A program made the position numbers and the translations under genes. A DNA stretch of 64,000 nt from Haliotis rubra (taxonomy: Eukaryota). Every line of letters begins with the position of its first letter. Position 1 is the stretch's first letter. Under the pieces are notes generated by a model, which saw only the letters and a list, made by a program, of their open reading frames with translations, was not told the DNA's origin and did not search any database. Positions 50,272 through 63,769 of this stretch are shown in pieces. The stretch spans positions 248,001 through 312,000 of the forward strand of contig NW_025767023.1 of assembly GCF_003918875.1 (NCBI RefSeq), given 5' to 3'.

Positions 50272-50920
50272 TATAAGGGTAATGCTATTTTTGGGGCATT
50301 ATCATTTGCAGAAGCCGAGGTCTTCCATTAACTGCCCGACGAAGGAGGGCAGTTGAAAAGACCGAGGGCTTCTGCAAAATGATAATGCCCTCAAAAAATA
50401 GCATTACCGTTATTAACTGCTAAAATACATGGAATTTGTGTTGAAAGAAAAAGGAAACAATGAAGGAATTTGACTGTAAGTTTACCCAAATCAACTTCTG
50501 ACGGAGTTGACTGCCCGAATGCAATTACGTCATCGAACAATTCAAGTGACATCACAACAGAAAGTGACGATATTCGACCTTGGCCTTTGACAAGACCGTA
50601 GCCTGCAACATGTCAAACTATGTCAGTGTTCGGTTTTGGTCCCTCAACAGTCTTAATAGTGCAAATGTTAAGGTTAGTACCAGCAAGAAAGCCAATATTA
50701 CCGCTATTTAAAGCGGGAATTCGGGTTGCTTTGACTTGTTTGACCCAGAATATCTGCCAGTCGAAAGCCAATGTAATGTCGAACTATGACGTCACTTGAC
50801 AACAGAACTGATAGTGGCCCGTCTTTAAGGTTGAGCGGTCCAATATCATTTGCAGCGGACCGCAAATTTCTGATAATGGGAGGGCCGTTTCATGATAATT
50901 CCATGTATTTTAGCTATAAA
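50272..50920. mobile_element. Putative foldback/MITE-like element with a ~130-bp palindromic arm
   Basis: Long imperfect inverted repeat at 50278-50408, plus the inverted pair TAAAATACATGGAATT (50421) / AATTCCATGTATTTTA (50897). Confidence 0.55.
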
Positions 50921-51150
50921 CCTATATATAGCCCTTATATTGCTGTTTACTCCGTACAAAAGACTCAAAGCAATAAACAAATAGACATGCACTGCTACAA
51001 GCGATTACATGGTGTATGGCGAGAATACTTAGAAACACTAAACAGATGTTCTTTGGTAGGCTGTCTGAGTCTCTGGACCACACTGTTTTCCCATCGAAAT
51101 GCTAAAAGACTTAAGTGATTTTAGCCACTCAAGATTTTATTCAGGTTCAG

Positions 51151-51320
51151 CGGGGTGATGGGGTAGCCTAGTGGTTAAAGCGTTCGCTCGTCACGATGAA
51201 GACCAGGGTTCGATTCCCCACATGGGTACAATGTGTGAAGCCCATTTCTGGTGTCTCCAGGCGTGATGTTGCTGAAATATTGCTAAACTGCTAAAAGCGG
51301 CGTTAAACCATACTCACTCA
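51151..51320 (+). mobile_element. SINE family A
   Basis: A/B boxes, core, tail. Confidence 0.88.
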
Positions 51321-52129
51321 GGTACAGGAATCTTCTGTCTCAGTTGGGCTCCTTTCCAATTTAACTTATTTTAATTGTTTCTGTCAGACTTATCTACACA
51401 TTATATATATAGAAATTAAGCGTTTCTCTAACTCTGCTTCATTGTGTACGATGTCAAGCGATGTTGTGATGTTGCCCAGTAACTGATGTTTGGTTCCGCA
51501 TATAGTGAGCCATTTGATGTTGTATCTAGAGTATGCATTATTACATGAACTGCCAGGTAAAGGAATGTAAAGCCAGTGTGTCTGATTGTGACTAAAACAA
51601 ATGAGAACAACTGGACATTCGATGGTGACGATGGTATAAATTTTATACAGTGATTGCTTTGTACCTTCATGTTCGCGGCGTTTTGCGACTATTTTCAGTC
51701 GAGTAACATTTTTGATAACGTTCGTATTATTTGTCAAAACCATTTTACATGTGTTTACTTTCTTTTGCCTGACATGTTTTATGGGAATTAGTGTTATGTT
51801 TTTAGGAAAAATGTCATCTCAATCAAATTGACACTTAAGTTTCGGAATTACTTCCGATTGGTCTCAATGGCACTATTATTTTCGGACAAGATTGTGAAGA
51901 TCGGTGAAAATATTCATAACGAATAGAACATTTGCCTTTTCTGTCGACTTAATAATATTTATGTCATCTGGTGATGTACAATGTATCGTAGCTAGATCAT
52001 TCCATTAACGTATAAAACATCAATCACCATACGCATTTTACTTTGTTGTATTGTTGATATTGTGTCTAGATGCATTATTGATTATGACCATGCACAACAG
52101 CAGATTTCCAGCAGGAAGAAATTCAACCG

Positions 52130-52620
52130 GTTTAAGATTTAAGGTTTACAACTACCTTAAGCAAGAATCATCTCCGTTTGGTTTAAGATGCACGTCTTTA
52201 TTGATTATTACCATGCAAAGAACTATCTCCGTTTGGTTTAAGAGATTTCCAGAAGGTTTACCATTACCTTAAGAAAGAACAACTCCGTTTGGTTTAAGAT
52301 TTACGTCTTTCAAAAGGTTTACAATTACCTTAAGAAAGAAATCATCTCCGTTTGGTTTAAGATTTACGTCTTGCTCAAAAGGTTTACAATTACCTTAAGA
52401 AAGAACTATCTCCGTTTGGTTTAAGATTTACGTCTTGCTCAAAAGGTTTACAATTACCTTAAGAAAGAACTATCTCCGTTTGGTTTAAGATTTACGTCTT
52501 GCTCAAAAGGTTTACAATTACCTTAAGAGAGAACTATCTCCGTTTGGTTTAAGATTTACGTCTTGCTCAAAGGGTTTACAATTACTTCAAGAAAGAACCA
52601 TCTCCGTTTGGTTTAAGATT
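52130..52620. repeat. Minisatellite, 64-bp unit
   Basis: Repeating AAAAGGTTTACAATTACCTTAAGAAAGAACTATCTCCGTTTGGTTTAAGATTTACGTCTTGCTC. Confidence 0.9.
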
Positions 52621-53149
52621 AACATCCTGCTCAGTAGGGTTGCATCTTGTTCGAGCATGAACTATTTACGTACATTTTAACACCATTCCAGTGCGAGACA
52701 ATATTAACAGTAAATGATTGTTTGATGCAATCCTTGTCCTGGTTGGGTAAATGTTCGTATCTTGCTCAAGTCCAGCGTGTAAGTATTGTGTAAACACATA
52801 ATGCTGAAGTAGAGTTTTATGACCACTGATATGCTTGGAGCGGTAGATATGTTTTAAGTACGAGTAAGTATAAAATTGCATTCATGCCATAGTTGGCTCC
52901 CGAGGTGTAAACAAATCAAGCTGCATGTCAATACCGCCACACCCTATGGGGTACCCACAAACTTACCCAAACAAGCTCATACAATGAACTAGTGATTTTA
53001 CTTTAGAGTCCATATATGTGCATAGCCCATCTTGGAAATAATGCGTGTTTATTTCGAGATAACTATCTGGATATAGATAGCTTCGAAGTAATGTAACTGA
53101 TATTAACAATTCGAGGTAAACATATCTAGATATAAACTCTTTCGAGACA

Positions 53150-53313
53150 GGGGCGATGGGTAGCCTGATGGTTAAAGCGTTCCTTCGTCACGTCGAAGAC
53201 CCGGGTTCAATTCCCCACATGGGTAAAATGCGTGAAGCCCATTTCTGGTGTCTGCCGTCGTGAAATTGCTGGAATATTGCTAAAAGCGGCGTAAAACCAA
53301 ACTCACTCACTCT
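53150..53313 (+). mobile_element. SINE family A
   Basis: A/B boxes, core, tail. Confidence 0.88.
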
Positions 53314-53899
53314 CAAAGAACTGTTGACTCTCCTTCCTAGTATTGTTAAATAGGTGTTCACAATGTGTCACCAATATATGCTGACCACACTCATGACTTA
53401 AAACCATACTCACTCACTCTTTCGAGACAACAGTTTCATGATGGAAACAGTTTCAACATAACGTATTCAGAATGTAAACAGGTTCGAGGCAACAGTACCC
53501 AAATGCAAACAAATCTAGATGTAAACAGTTTCGAGAAAACCGTTTCAGGATAGATACAGCTTCAAGATTTTGGACACAAAGAGAAATGAAAGTTTTGTTA
53601 AGAGAAGGGTCGATTGTGTGTATCGACTATTACACAATAACTTGTGTCACGATAGAGGTTTCTGTAAAACTTTTCACTTTGCGATTCTTTCTTCACTATT
53701 CAGCTACAGCTTCAGAAAACACACGATCAAATCAACATGCAAATTGACGAATACACATTGAAGTGAATTTGTACTGTTTACTACTAGGAAAACTATCCAA
53801 CTTGTAACTTTAGATAGAACGTTAACACAACGTGAAATATATATATTCGCTAGCATTATTCTGTGAACGCCCACGTTGTGATAAGTCATTTTTTACCTC

Positions 53900-54280
53900 G
53901 TCACAACGTTAGAGTAAATGACTTACCACAACGTGGGCGTGACAACGTAAACGGGAGTTCACAGAATGACGTTGTAGCAACGTTACAGTAAATGACTTAC
54001 GACAACGTGGGCGTGACAACGTAAACGGGAGTTCACAGAATGACGTTGTAGCAACGTTACAGTAAATGACTTACCACAACGTGGGCGTGACAACGTAAAC
54101 GGGTTCACAGGAATGACGTTGTAGCAACGTTACAGTAAATGACTTACGACAACGTGGGCGTGACAACGTAAACGGGAGTTCACAGAATGATGTTGTAGCA
54201 ACGTTACAGTAAATGACTTATGACAACGTGGGCGTGACAACGTAAACGGGAGTTCACAGAATGACGTTGTAGCAACGTAA
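53900..54280. repeat. Minisatellite, 74-bp CAACGT-rich unit, ~5 copies
   Basis: Repeating CAACGTTACAGTAAATGACTTACGACAACGTGGGCGTGACAACGTAAACGGGAGTTCACAGAATGACGTTGTAG. Confidence 0.92.
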
Positions 54281-54548
54281 AGTTGTTGAGTAGTGATGAT
54301 TCCAAATGTTTGGAACGAGGTGAACGTACTCTGCTTAACCGGTGGCACCTGTCAAAATAAATGCAATGGATAGTCAAGTGTTTATCCGAAAATAACCCCT
54401 AAAGGAACCAGTATAAGTCAAAAAAAGGGAATTGCATCGGAAATGATGTTTGTCACTGACGTGAAAATTTAGAAATGTCCTGTCCCACATCTACCACAAA
54501 ACATTTTGAAAACTTTACAAAGACCTTTGATGCTTTAACCTTGATTAA

Positions 54549-54717
54549 GGGGGCGATGGGGTAGCCTAATGGTGAAAGCGTTCGCTCGTCACGATGAAGA
54601 TCCGGGTTCGATTCGACATGGGGACAATGTGTGAAGCCCATTTCTGGTATCCCCCGCCGTGATATTGCTGGAATATTGCTAAAGGCGGCGTAAAACTAAA
54701 CTCACTCACTCACTCAC
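54549..54717 (+). mobile_element. SINE family A
   Basis: TSD TAACCTTGAT. Confidence 0.9.
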
Positions 54718-56774
54718 TAACCTTGATCAAACTTCTGAAAATAGCCAGCAGAGGTTCTTTGAAATCTTAAGAGCGTGCATGAAACAAATTCGAGATAATA
54801 TCCAGATGTAAACACCTTAGATACTTCAATACTTAGAAACAACAAAATCTCCAACGATACTGATATTTACTATTTATCATTTAAGCTTATGATACATAAA
54901 CATGACATAAGTATGTAAATTAGAAAACCGGTTATTGGAATTTTCGCCGATGTTTTGTTTGATTCGAGAGCTAAATATCAGTGAAATTATTCCAACGATA
55001 CAACTATTGTATATCACATGAGACAGAATCGTGGTTGTTATCAGGATTAAAGTTTCAGCTATTCTGCAAAGCTCTCTTCAAGTATGTTTTCGATAACTTG
55101 AAATGAATTAAAGATATCTCAAGTGGAGAAAATGTATTGAGAAATTACTGATATCTTAAATTGTTTTAAAGATGTCTTGGGGATATCTTGCATAGAATTG
55201 GAGATATTTTTGAAATGAATTAAAGATATCTCGAAAGAGATATTTTTGATGTTCTTTCCTGTTACTTGTATTATAGATATTAATAATTGATTTAAAGATA
55301 TCTTCAAAATTCTTAATATTAATTTGACTTTTGGAATTGAATTTAAGATATCTTGAATAAATTCCCAATACAACCACGTACTGTAATTATTTTATTAATT
55401 CAATATATAAATACTTCCTTGATATCTCAGTAACATTTTACGATATCAGAAATAAATTCAAAATATCTTTCTTATCTTCCACACCCCAACACACTCAATT
55501 GGCCACTTATGTTTTGTCACTCGCAGAGATGAGCCTTTAGGTCAAGCAATCGAAGATTCATTATGACAAAACACAGGAATGCGTTAAGTGGATGTCAACG
55601 CCGATTGATAATATACTTCCTGGTTCAAAACTGGGTTGGATACGTGCCAGCATGTAACACGTGTCTGGCGATCGGCTCAGCTGCCTTTTCAATATCATTC
55701 AGTCATTAAACAAACACAATACACGGACTTTACACTACAGTATGCGGTTTGACTCGTACCGTAATACCTAACGTGAACGAAAACACGGCCAGAAGTTCTC
55801 TTCATGCATATACTTTTAAAATAACGGTTACATGTTGAAGTTTATGCCCAAAGAGGAACTTCGCCCTTTGAGTTGTTTCATTATTATTTTTGACAGATAA
55901 AAATGAACATCTTAGAGTGAGTGAATTTAAACCACTTTCAGCATAATTCCAGCTTCATGAAGGCGATAAACCATAGACATGGACTTAATACAAGGTAGAG
56001 AATCGAACCCGGGCATTTTAACGCTAGGTTACCCTACCTCCTCCACACTTTAGACATGAGAAACTAATCCTACAGCATTTGGCCTGCAAGTAACTGGTCG
56101 CAGTGATATTGTATTCCAGCTATGTTCCATGACATTTAACTGGCTCACCAAGCAGGTAATTCTCGCTCGTTATTGTATTTATAGTCCATTGGCTGACGGA
56201 GGTCTACTTCTTGGGTATTTTCTAGTAGCTATGGGTCCCTACTTCAGAAAAATGCATGTTAACATTAACAAAACTGGTTCCCGAGGTACGAATTACGAGC
56301 ATGTTTAATGTTGCCCGACGCGCTTTTTATACAACTATTTAGGGGAGGGGAAACAAATGTGGCAATATCTTCGTGCCCCGTACATCCACCGCAACAAACT
56401 AATACTCACAGTGGTATTTAAATTCTCTTTCATATGGTATACATGTATAATATATGCAAATCGGGTAGATAAGTAGGGCACCAGAGGTCAAAAAGGTCAC
56501 AGAATTTGGCTGATGCCCAAAATCTTACTCATACCCCTTTATGTCAATGTCCTGGTGCCAAATGGGGAATTTTATCATGGTTACACCCCAAGAAGTGAAC
56601 TATGATGTTGTTGTAACAAAACAAAGGGCTAATGTTTGATCATTTTGCCAATTTTAGCTTCTATTGCATGTGAAGTAAAGGTATATGTCAAAAGTCTCAA
56701 ACCCTAAACTAGGGCTTACCTTAATTCACATGGTCATTCATCCTCGAGGCTGTCACTCTCCTCACTAGAGATGG

Positions 56775-57005
56775 ACTATTAGAATAAACCCTCAGTAACC
56801 CATGCTTATAAGAGGCGACTAACGGGACCGGAAGGTCAGGCTCGTTGGATTGGTTGACACATGTCATCGGTTCCCAATTGCGCAGATCGATGCTCATGCT
56901 GTTGATCACTGGATTGGTTGGTCCAGACTCGATTATTTACAGACCGCCGCCATATAGCTGGAATATTGCTGAGTGCGGCGTAAAAACTAACCTCACTCAC
57001 TCACT
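56775..57005 (+). mobile_element. SINE family B
   Basis: Match to the family body and tail. Confidence 0.8.
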
Positions 57006-57034
57006 ATTATATTCTATGTCTCTAGCCTCCCAGA

Positions 57035-57161
57035 GTGAGTGAGTGAGTGAGTGAGTGTTTCAACCAAGTCAGCGAGCCTCACCACCCAGTCACGTTAGTC
57101 GCCTTTTGTGGCAAGCATGGGTTACTGAAGACCTATATTCTACCCCGGATCTTCACGGGTC
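57035..57161 (-). mobile_element. SINE family B, internally deleted but keeping the 5' module
   Basis: TSD CTAGC(C/T)TCCCAGA; 5' end GACCCGTGAAG. Confidence 0.82.
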
Positions 57162-58973
57162 CTAGCTTCCCAGACCATAAAAATAGCTTAAATAGGAGCC
57201 CTACTCAAGTCTGGAATAAAATGGCAAGTGTAGATTGCCTCGAGATCAGTTCCAGACATTAATGATTGTTCTTAAACTCCACTGATCCGGGTACGAATTG
57301 GTTTTGAAGTGCCATATAATGAACAAGATGAAATGGCATTTCAAAATGCTTTTACACATTATCGCTTCAAGCAAAGCATAACATATCCCAAAGTGCTATT
57401 TATGATATTATATCTTCAACAGAAATATTGTTAAATCCTCAGTTGAAGTTTTTTATTAACAAATCATGCAGGAAATGGAGAAAAGATTCATGGACACATC
57501 TTTCATTCACTCAATGAACGTTGCGCATTTACTGGATTCATTTGATACAACTAGTTTAAGGTTTTCATTTTATGAAAACTGTCCTGATCTACCGTTTGTT
57601 AATCCAGTTAATGTTGCTTTTGGCATTCGTCACAAAACAAAGAAAGGTCATCTCACTGAACTAGAAAGACTTAGCTATTTTATCCCTCTCAGTCTTTGAA
57701 CAAGAGGTATACCAGAGGTATGGAGTTATGTCAATAATCCTCATATGTTTACATATGATTTAATGTATGATATATGTGATGGTGATTGTGTGAAAAACAA
57801 TGTTTTCTTCAGACAAAATCCCCGTGCACTGAAAGTATTTTTAATTACTGATTTGGAAATAGTTAATCCTTTTCGAAGTCATGTGAAAAGACACAAAATA
57901 ACTATCTTTACTTTCTTCTTGCTAACATTCCGCCTCAGTTTAGATCAAAACTGGGTGCAATACAATTAGTTGCAATTGCCATGAGTTCAGATGTCAGACA
58001 AAATGATGGAACTGAAACACTGTTGAGTGATTTTGGATGCACTGAATAACTGATCAAGCAACGGTTTAGAGATGACAATTCATGGTTCATCCAAATTGAT
58101 AAAAGGATCTTTGGAAGTCGTCCCTGCACACTAGTGTTGGGAATTGGTTTAAATCTCACAATTGATGATTGGTTCATTACTACCGATCAATCATCGAAAA
58201 TAATTGGTTAGCGTCATTTATGAAATTTGTTAATGCACATGAAAATAAGGAAAAACATGTAGTTCTTTGGGGTGTTTTGGGCAAAATTTCACATCTTTAA
58301 AGGATGACTAGTATGTTAGGAACATAAATTTCTTAGAATCATTAAGATAAATTCTATCATGGCTTGAAACGAGCTTGTAGTGCTTATGAAATGTAACAGA
58401 CAAAACCAACCTTGTGAAAAGTATTGTTAAGGAAAACAAGTGTTCCAGAATTGTTTGTGTTCGATTATGAGAGATTATGATCGATTCCTTGGTCGTTTAG
58501 CCACTACGACCAATCTTCGATTATTTCAATTAATCGGACCACCACTACTGCACACACATTAGCGTCCAACTGGCTTGGTAGATTTAAAGAGGGGGTCGCA
58601 TTTGCAAGAAAGAATTGAAGGATGTGCGAAGTTGATTTTCTTGGAGAGCTTTCTAAAGGGTGTCAAAATATTGGAGCAAACTGTGGGGTATAAATGGAAA
58701 ATATACCTCATGCAACTAAAGAACTTCTTTTATTACTTCTAGACTTCTACAAGATCCCATTCATGTTTTTTTTAGAAAGCATAGTAACGCGGGATTTAGG
58801 ACTTCTCCTTTATCATCTAGTTGCTGTCAAGTTGATGTGGCTGGAATGAAAAAGTGCGGAATTTTCCTATTCATATTTACACGTCAAGTAAGCCAGAAGA
58901 GACATTTGGCAAAGGGACAGTGAAAACTGTTTCACTGTTAAACGGTCATCGTCTTTACTCCTGACCTTATGTT

Positions 58974-59372
58974 GGGGCGGTGGGGTAGCCTAGTGGTTAA
59001 AGCGTTCGTTCGTCACGCTGAAAACCGGGTTCGATTCCCCACATGGGTACTCAAATCAAAAGTTTATTGTATGAAAGGCCATAGGCCCATATACATGAAG
59101 TGTACATGGTACAGTATAGGATCTGACAAAAAGATTCACATTTAATTTCTACTCTAGAATGCATATTTGAAATATAACATTACAGATTATAAATCCTGAT
59201 AGTTGTGGATGCCTTTAAGACGAAATAACTGTTGTTCTGAAGGGCGATTAATTGGTATGCATTACATTTTGAATGTTGTGAATGTGGAACAACATGAAGT
59301 TCTGGTGTCCCCCGCCGTGATATTGCTGGAATATTGCTAAAAGCGGCGTAAAATTAAACCCACTCACTCACT
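58974..59372 (+). mobile_element. SINE family A interrupted by a ~250-bp insert (59051-59300)
   Basis: TSD CTGACCTTATGT. The insert begins TCAAATCAAAAGTTTATT, like an inverted LINE 3' tail. Confidence 0.8.
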
Positions 59373-60684
59373 GACCTTATGTCATATCATTCCTTTGATT
59401 ATTGGACCCAAAATACCATTGGGTGATGTAAAATGAATTAATTTCCTGAGACTTGTGCACATTGCTCTCCCCTGCGCCTGTTCCTACTGTCACAGAGAAA
59501 CACAATCCATACTTACAATTTTTATTGTCATTTATCTTGAGAAAAGCAAATAATTATCATCATTCATACCCAAAAAGCATTTTATGATCAATTTTCCAAG
59601 ACAAATGCTGTTATTTGGGTCTCCTTAAGACACCACTGGTGTATGCGCTTTGAAGGGAAGCATGGGTTTTCAAAGCAAAGAAAATCTTCCATTTTCTCTT
59701 TCAAGGCATCACCAGCTGTACGTGTATTTGGAGCAAATTGGAATAAAGGGGTGAAATGTCAAACAACTTTCTTTATGATAGTGATTACAGTTCAGAAGTG
59801 GCAGGAAATTAATGTTTCCACCAGACATCCCTCACCGAGACAAATGATGGCTGATGCAAGTCACACAGAAGCACTTAATGAATGGGAGATGTACAGCACA
59901 AAATCTGTGTCGACACATGGCCTGCATTATCAGATTGGATGTGCTGTTGTATTAGAATATAATGAAGATGCACCAGTACTTGCTATTCTCAAAGATATTG
60001 TAGTGTATTGCAAAGAAAAATATTTTGTCCTCCAAGGCATAGACAAACCATCTTGGTTGATGAACATAATTTGCATTACTTTTTACAACCAAATGATACT
60101 TCATATTTGAGATGATTCGCAAGTCTAAAATTTAAGTGGCTACTCAGTGTGTTAAAGTCTAAAATTTGTATTTATAGTGCAATTTGCATCCTAGAAAATC
60201 CTAAATGCCTTTATTCAAAGTCTGGAATAGCACAAGAAGCTTGAAAAAGTGTGTTGTTGCTGAATCTCTAGAAGAGTTGAAGGAGAAAGGTAAGTGTTAC
60301 AAACATTATGAGGTAATTTTAAAACAGTGGCACTTAATGGTTTCAGTGTTATCGACATTCACGCTACATGCTTCACATTCTAAGTTGACTTGCCTATTTT
60401 AAGAAGATAATTTAGGTAATGTTTGATTACAGATAAGTAAAATAATTAAACCATAAATTGTCATTTCAAGCAGACTGTTGAAATGATAAGGACTATGGTA
60501 TACCTTGTTGATCAGTAATATGAAGACTTGACTTTGAGCTTGTAAAACGCTTATTTGTTGACAACCATGATGTTCGAGTCAACACATCAAGTGATGGAAC
60601 AGAAACTGGTGAGTATGATGTCTTGCTTGAAATTTCAAAGCTTGGAGATGTACTCATCCTCCTACCATCTGAACAAGTTTGGGA

Positions 60685-60853
60685 CTGACTGACTGACTGA
60701 GTTTGGTTTTACGCCGCTTTTAGCAATATTCTAGCTTAATCACGGCGGGGACACCAGAAATGGGCTTCACACATTGTACCCATGTGGGGATTCGAACCCG
60801 GGTCTTCGGCGTGACGAGCCAACGCTTTAACCACTATGCTACCCCACCGCCCC
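60685..60853 (-). mobile_element. SINE family A, full length, inside the decayed transposon
   Basis: TSD AACAAGTTTGGGA. Confidence 0.92.
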
Positions 60854-63769
60854 AACAAGTTTGGGAACCTGTACCAGCAACACTAGCAACCGATGCGATA
60901 CAGCCCGCAACACAGGAACTGAGTACAGTTGAAGAGATTGCACACCATGAGAGTAGTGTCAACTTGTTAAAGGCTGATAACAAAGCTGAAGAACCTGGTC
61001 AAGTGGTCAAGTTGATCAATGTATTCCTTCACCGAGACAAGGTGGACCTTTAAGTATGCATCTTTCAGAAAACGTAATTTAATTTTTAGCTCATCAGGCC
61101 CGAAGCATGGCAAGGCGTTCGGCGGGCGGCAGTCTTTCCGTCCATTCATCCGTCAGTCTATCCTTAAACCTTTCGCTTTTTCAATTTATTCTCAAAACCG
61201 CTGGCTCTAGACAGCTGACATTTTGCCAAATCAGGATTAAAATTGTAGATTTGGTAACCCTATTACCCTAATAGAGACCACAGGTGCCAAACCCTAAATC
61301 TATTTTTTGTCATAAAATTTTTGTGTGACGGTTCCATGGGTCAGTGGGGATTATGAATTGTACATATGGTGACCATGCAGCCATTATATAATAGGAGCCA
61401 TAGCCCCAAAATACTATTTTTGACTTCTTGTCCATAACTAAAAGTAACAGAAAGCATAAATATTAATGATATCATTTAATCTAAAGCCAGATGGGCTACA
61501 GAGCCACTTGGCTCTATTTTTGGCGTGCTTCTTTTACCTGATTAAAATCAGAGAGTTAATAATCTATTCAAGTACATAAAGTAACATTTTGACTACAATC
61601 TAAGTTCTAAGGTTGTTCCGTGATATAAGATATTAACAGGAGAAAACTAAAAAATGTTTACTTTATGGTATACGTGGGTGTTTTAGCACTGTGCAGCGGA
61701 TAAGAACTGATGATGTGCCACATTATCCAGAATTAGTCATGCGGCACTTGCGGGAGGGGACACCAGAAATTATATGGAACAATCTTGTCAATGAAACTGC
61801 CGAATATTATTTTAACAAATACATCTTTATCAATGAAGCATGTCACCATAGGGCAATTGGGAAAAGCTCTACTCTAAAGGCCTTGCATTAAAATGGAAGG
61901 TCTTCATTCGTGGGTGAGTAATTCTTTAAAAGTGCATTCTAAAAAAGATTCTATAGTCATGTTTAAGTAACAACTAAAACGCCAATATAAACACTGGCAA
62001 AACGTCCAAGTCGCGTTTTCATTCTAAATCTCATATTGTAACATCATTAAATGCAGTTGTAATTAATCACAAAATATTTAAGCAACTATTGCTAGATACT
62101 TCAGCTTCAACTAATTCATTTTATGCATTTTGTTGTCTCCTCACAGTACATATCTGACTGGCATTGCTTTGGATTTATTCCCTTCTTGAAACATATATTT
62201 ACTATATTGATACAACACGCATCTAATGGTTTTATAACGGTCAGTGATTATTAAATCACAACCTTGCATTCCAGACTACATTTGTCAAGGTTTTATCAAT
62301 GAAAATAAGGAAAATGAGTTTCCTTGTTTCAGAGATGCGACATGTTTAGGCATTTTTGTTAATTGATGCTGTTTTCTATCAGGTTTATAAGAACTTGAGT
62401 ATAGATTTAGCTACAAGTTTTAATCGTTTTACATACTTTTTTATGAGATAATCCATACTCAAGGTGTTCATTCACAGATGGAAGGTGTTGAGTTTATATC
62501 CAGTGAACCATGCAAAAGTATGGTCTTACAGAAATGTTCATCATATTAGCAACCTAATGATGACTTATTTACGTTATTTGAGCATAAACAAAATATTTCA
62601 GAAATTCAGACATGTGTTTCTTATTTGCTTTTGATGGTATTTTACCTTTTTGTTATCTTTTGCTTAGTACCTTTCAAGCATAGCTAGCCCGACTGGCTTG
62701 CAAAATTTTGAAAATGTTTCACACAATGCTTGAGATAACTGGAATACTGTTCAAAGTAGCGAAAACCTCTCACTGACTGTCGAAAAGTGGTTAAGGTTTC
62801 TCTGTGTTGAGGATTTTATTTTGCTTCCATCAATAAGAGAAACATGGGTTGTCAGTTACCTTTTTTAGAATTAGCCATTAAGCCGCCATTGTCGAATAGG
62901 AACTATGAATTGGGAGTTTTGAAAAGGTCGACATGGAAGCAACCTACTTCAAGTCGTACGTGTGTGGCTGGAGAAATTACAATTTCATTAAAAGAAATCA
63001 GAATTGGGGTTTCCTTTAAGTGTACCGATTCCATATGCTGCTTGGAAAAAAAAACAGTTTAAATTTTAATTTCTGTGTTTACTATACACATGTTGTTCTT
63101 GAAACCTCCTGTGACGCCTTCAGTTTGTCTTCTGTTGCCTTCGTACTACTGATCCAACTTGCTGGGTTCAAGTATACTTGATTACGTGATAAAAATGGAT
63201 TCGTGGTAATCCAGCTGTCATACAGACCCTAATGCGAATATACAAAATACAGCCAACGGAAGTGTAGAAGGTCTAGATAAGAAAGTCTCCGGGGTCTTTT
63301 TTTATTATCATTTTATGTATGGTGATAGTCTGGATTCATGGTTTCTAGCAATGTTCAGACTTTATTCACTGTAAAATGAGGCGAAAATGTTATAAAAACA
63401 ATGACTGATAAATGCATTTTAAAATCCAAAACTGTGTTCCACAGGAGATATCGCTGTTGTGAGATCAGGGATGTCGTTTTGACAGTAGATTTTGTACAAT
63501 GCCCTGACAATGCTATGACATCATCAACTTGACGTCACAATGCTATGACATCGCTGCACTGCAAGTCTAATGGGTATTCTAAGATGCCTAGCTGTTAGAA
63601 CAATCGAAAAAAAATACATTATCAGACAATAAAGGTATAGTTTTTTGATGACGTTGATGCCAAATTTAATACTTTCTAAAGCGTCCTCGTGCTTTAACTA
63701 TAATAGTACAGGGCAAAAGTGTGTTCTATTACACTATACATGGTGGTAGAGCGAAGTGTATTTCTTAAA

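Larger units (their letters stand above)
57300..61915 (+). pseudogene. Decayed EnSpm/CACTA-like transposon: transposase remnants plus a second gene with a CIDE-N-like start
   Basis: Fragments DLEIVNPFRSHVKRHKI (~57850), QDPIHVF (~58750), PKKHFMINFP...WCMRFEGKH (59570-59663) and MPLFKVWNSTRSLKKCVVAESLEELKEK (60205). Many stops and frameshifts; ends not defined. Confidence 0.6.
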
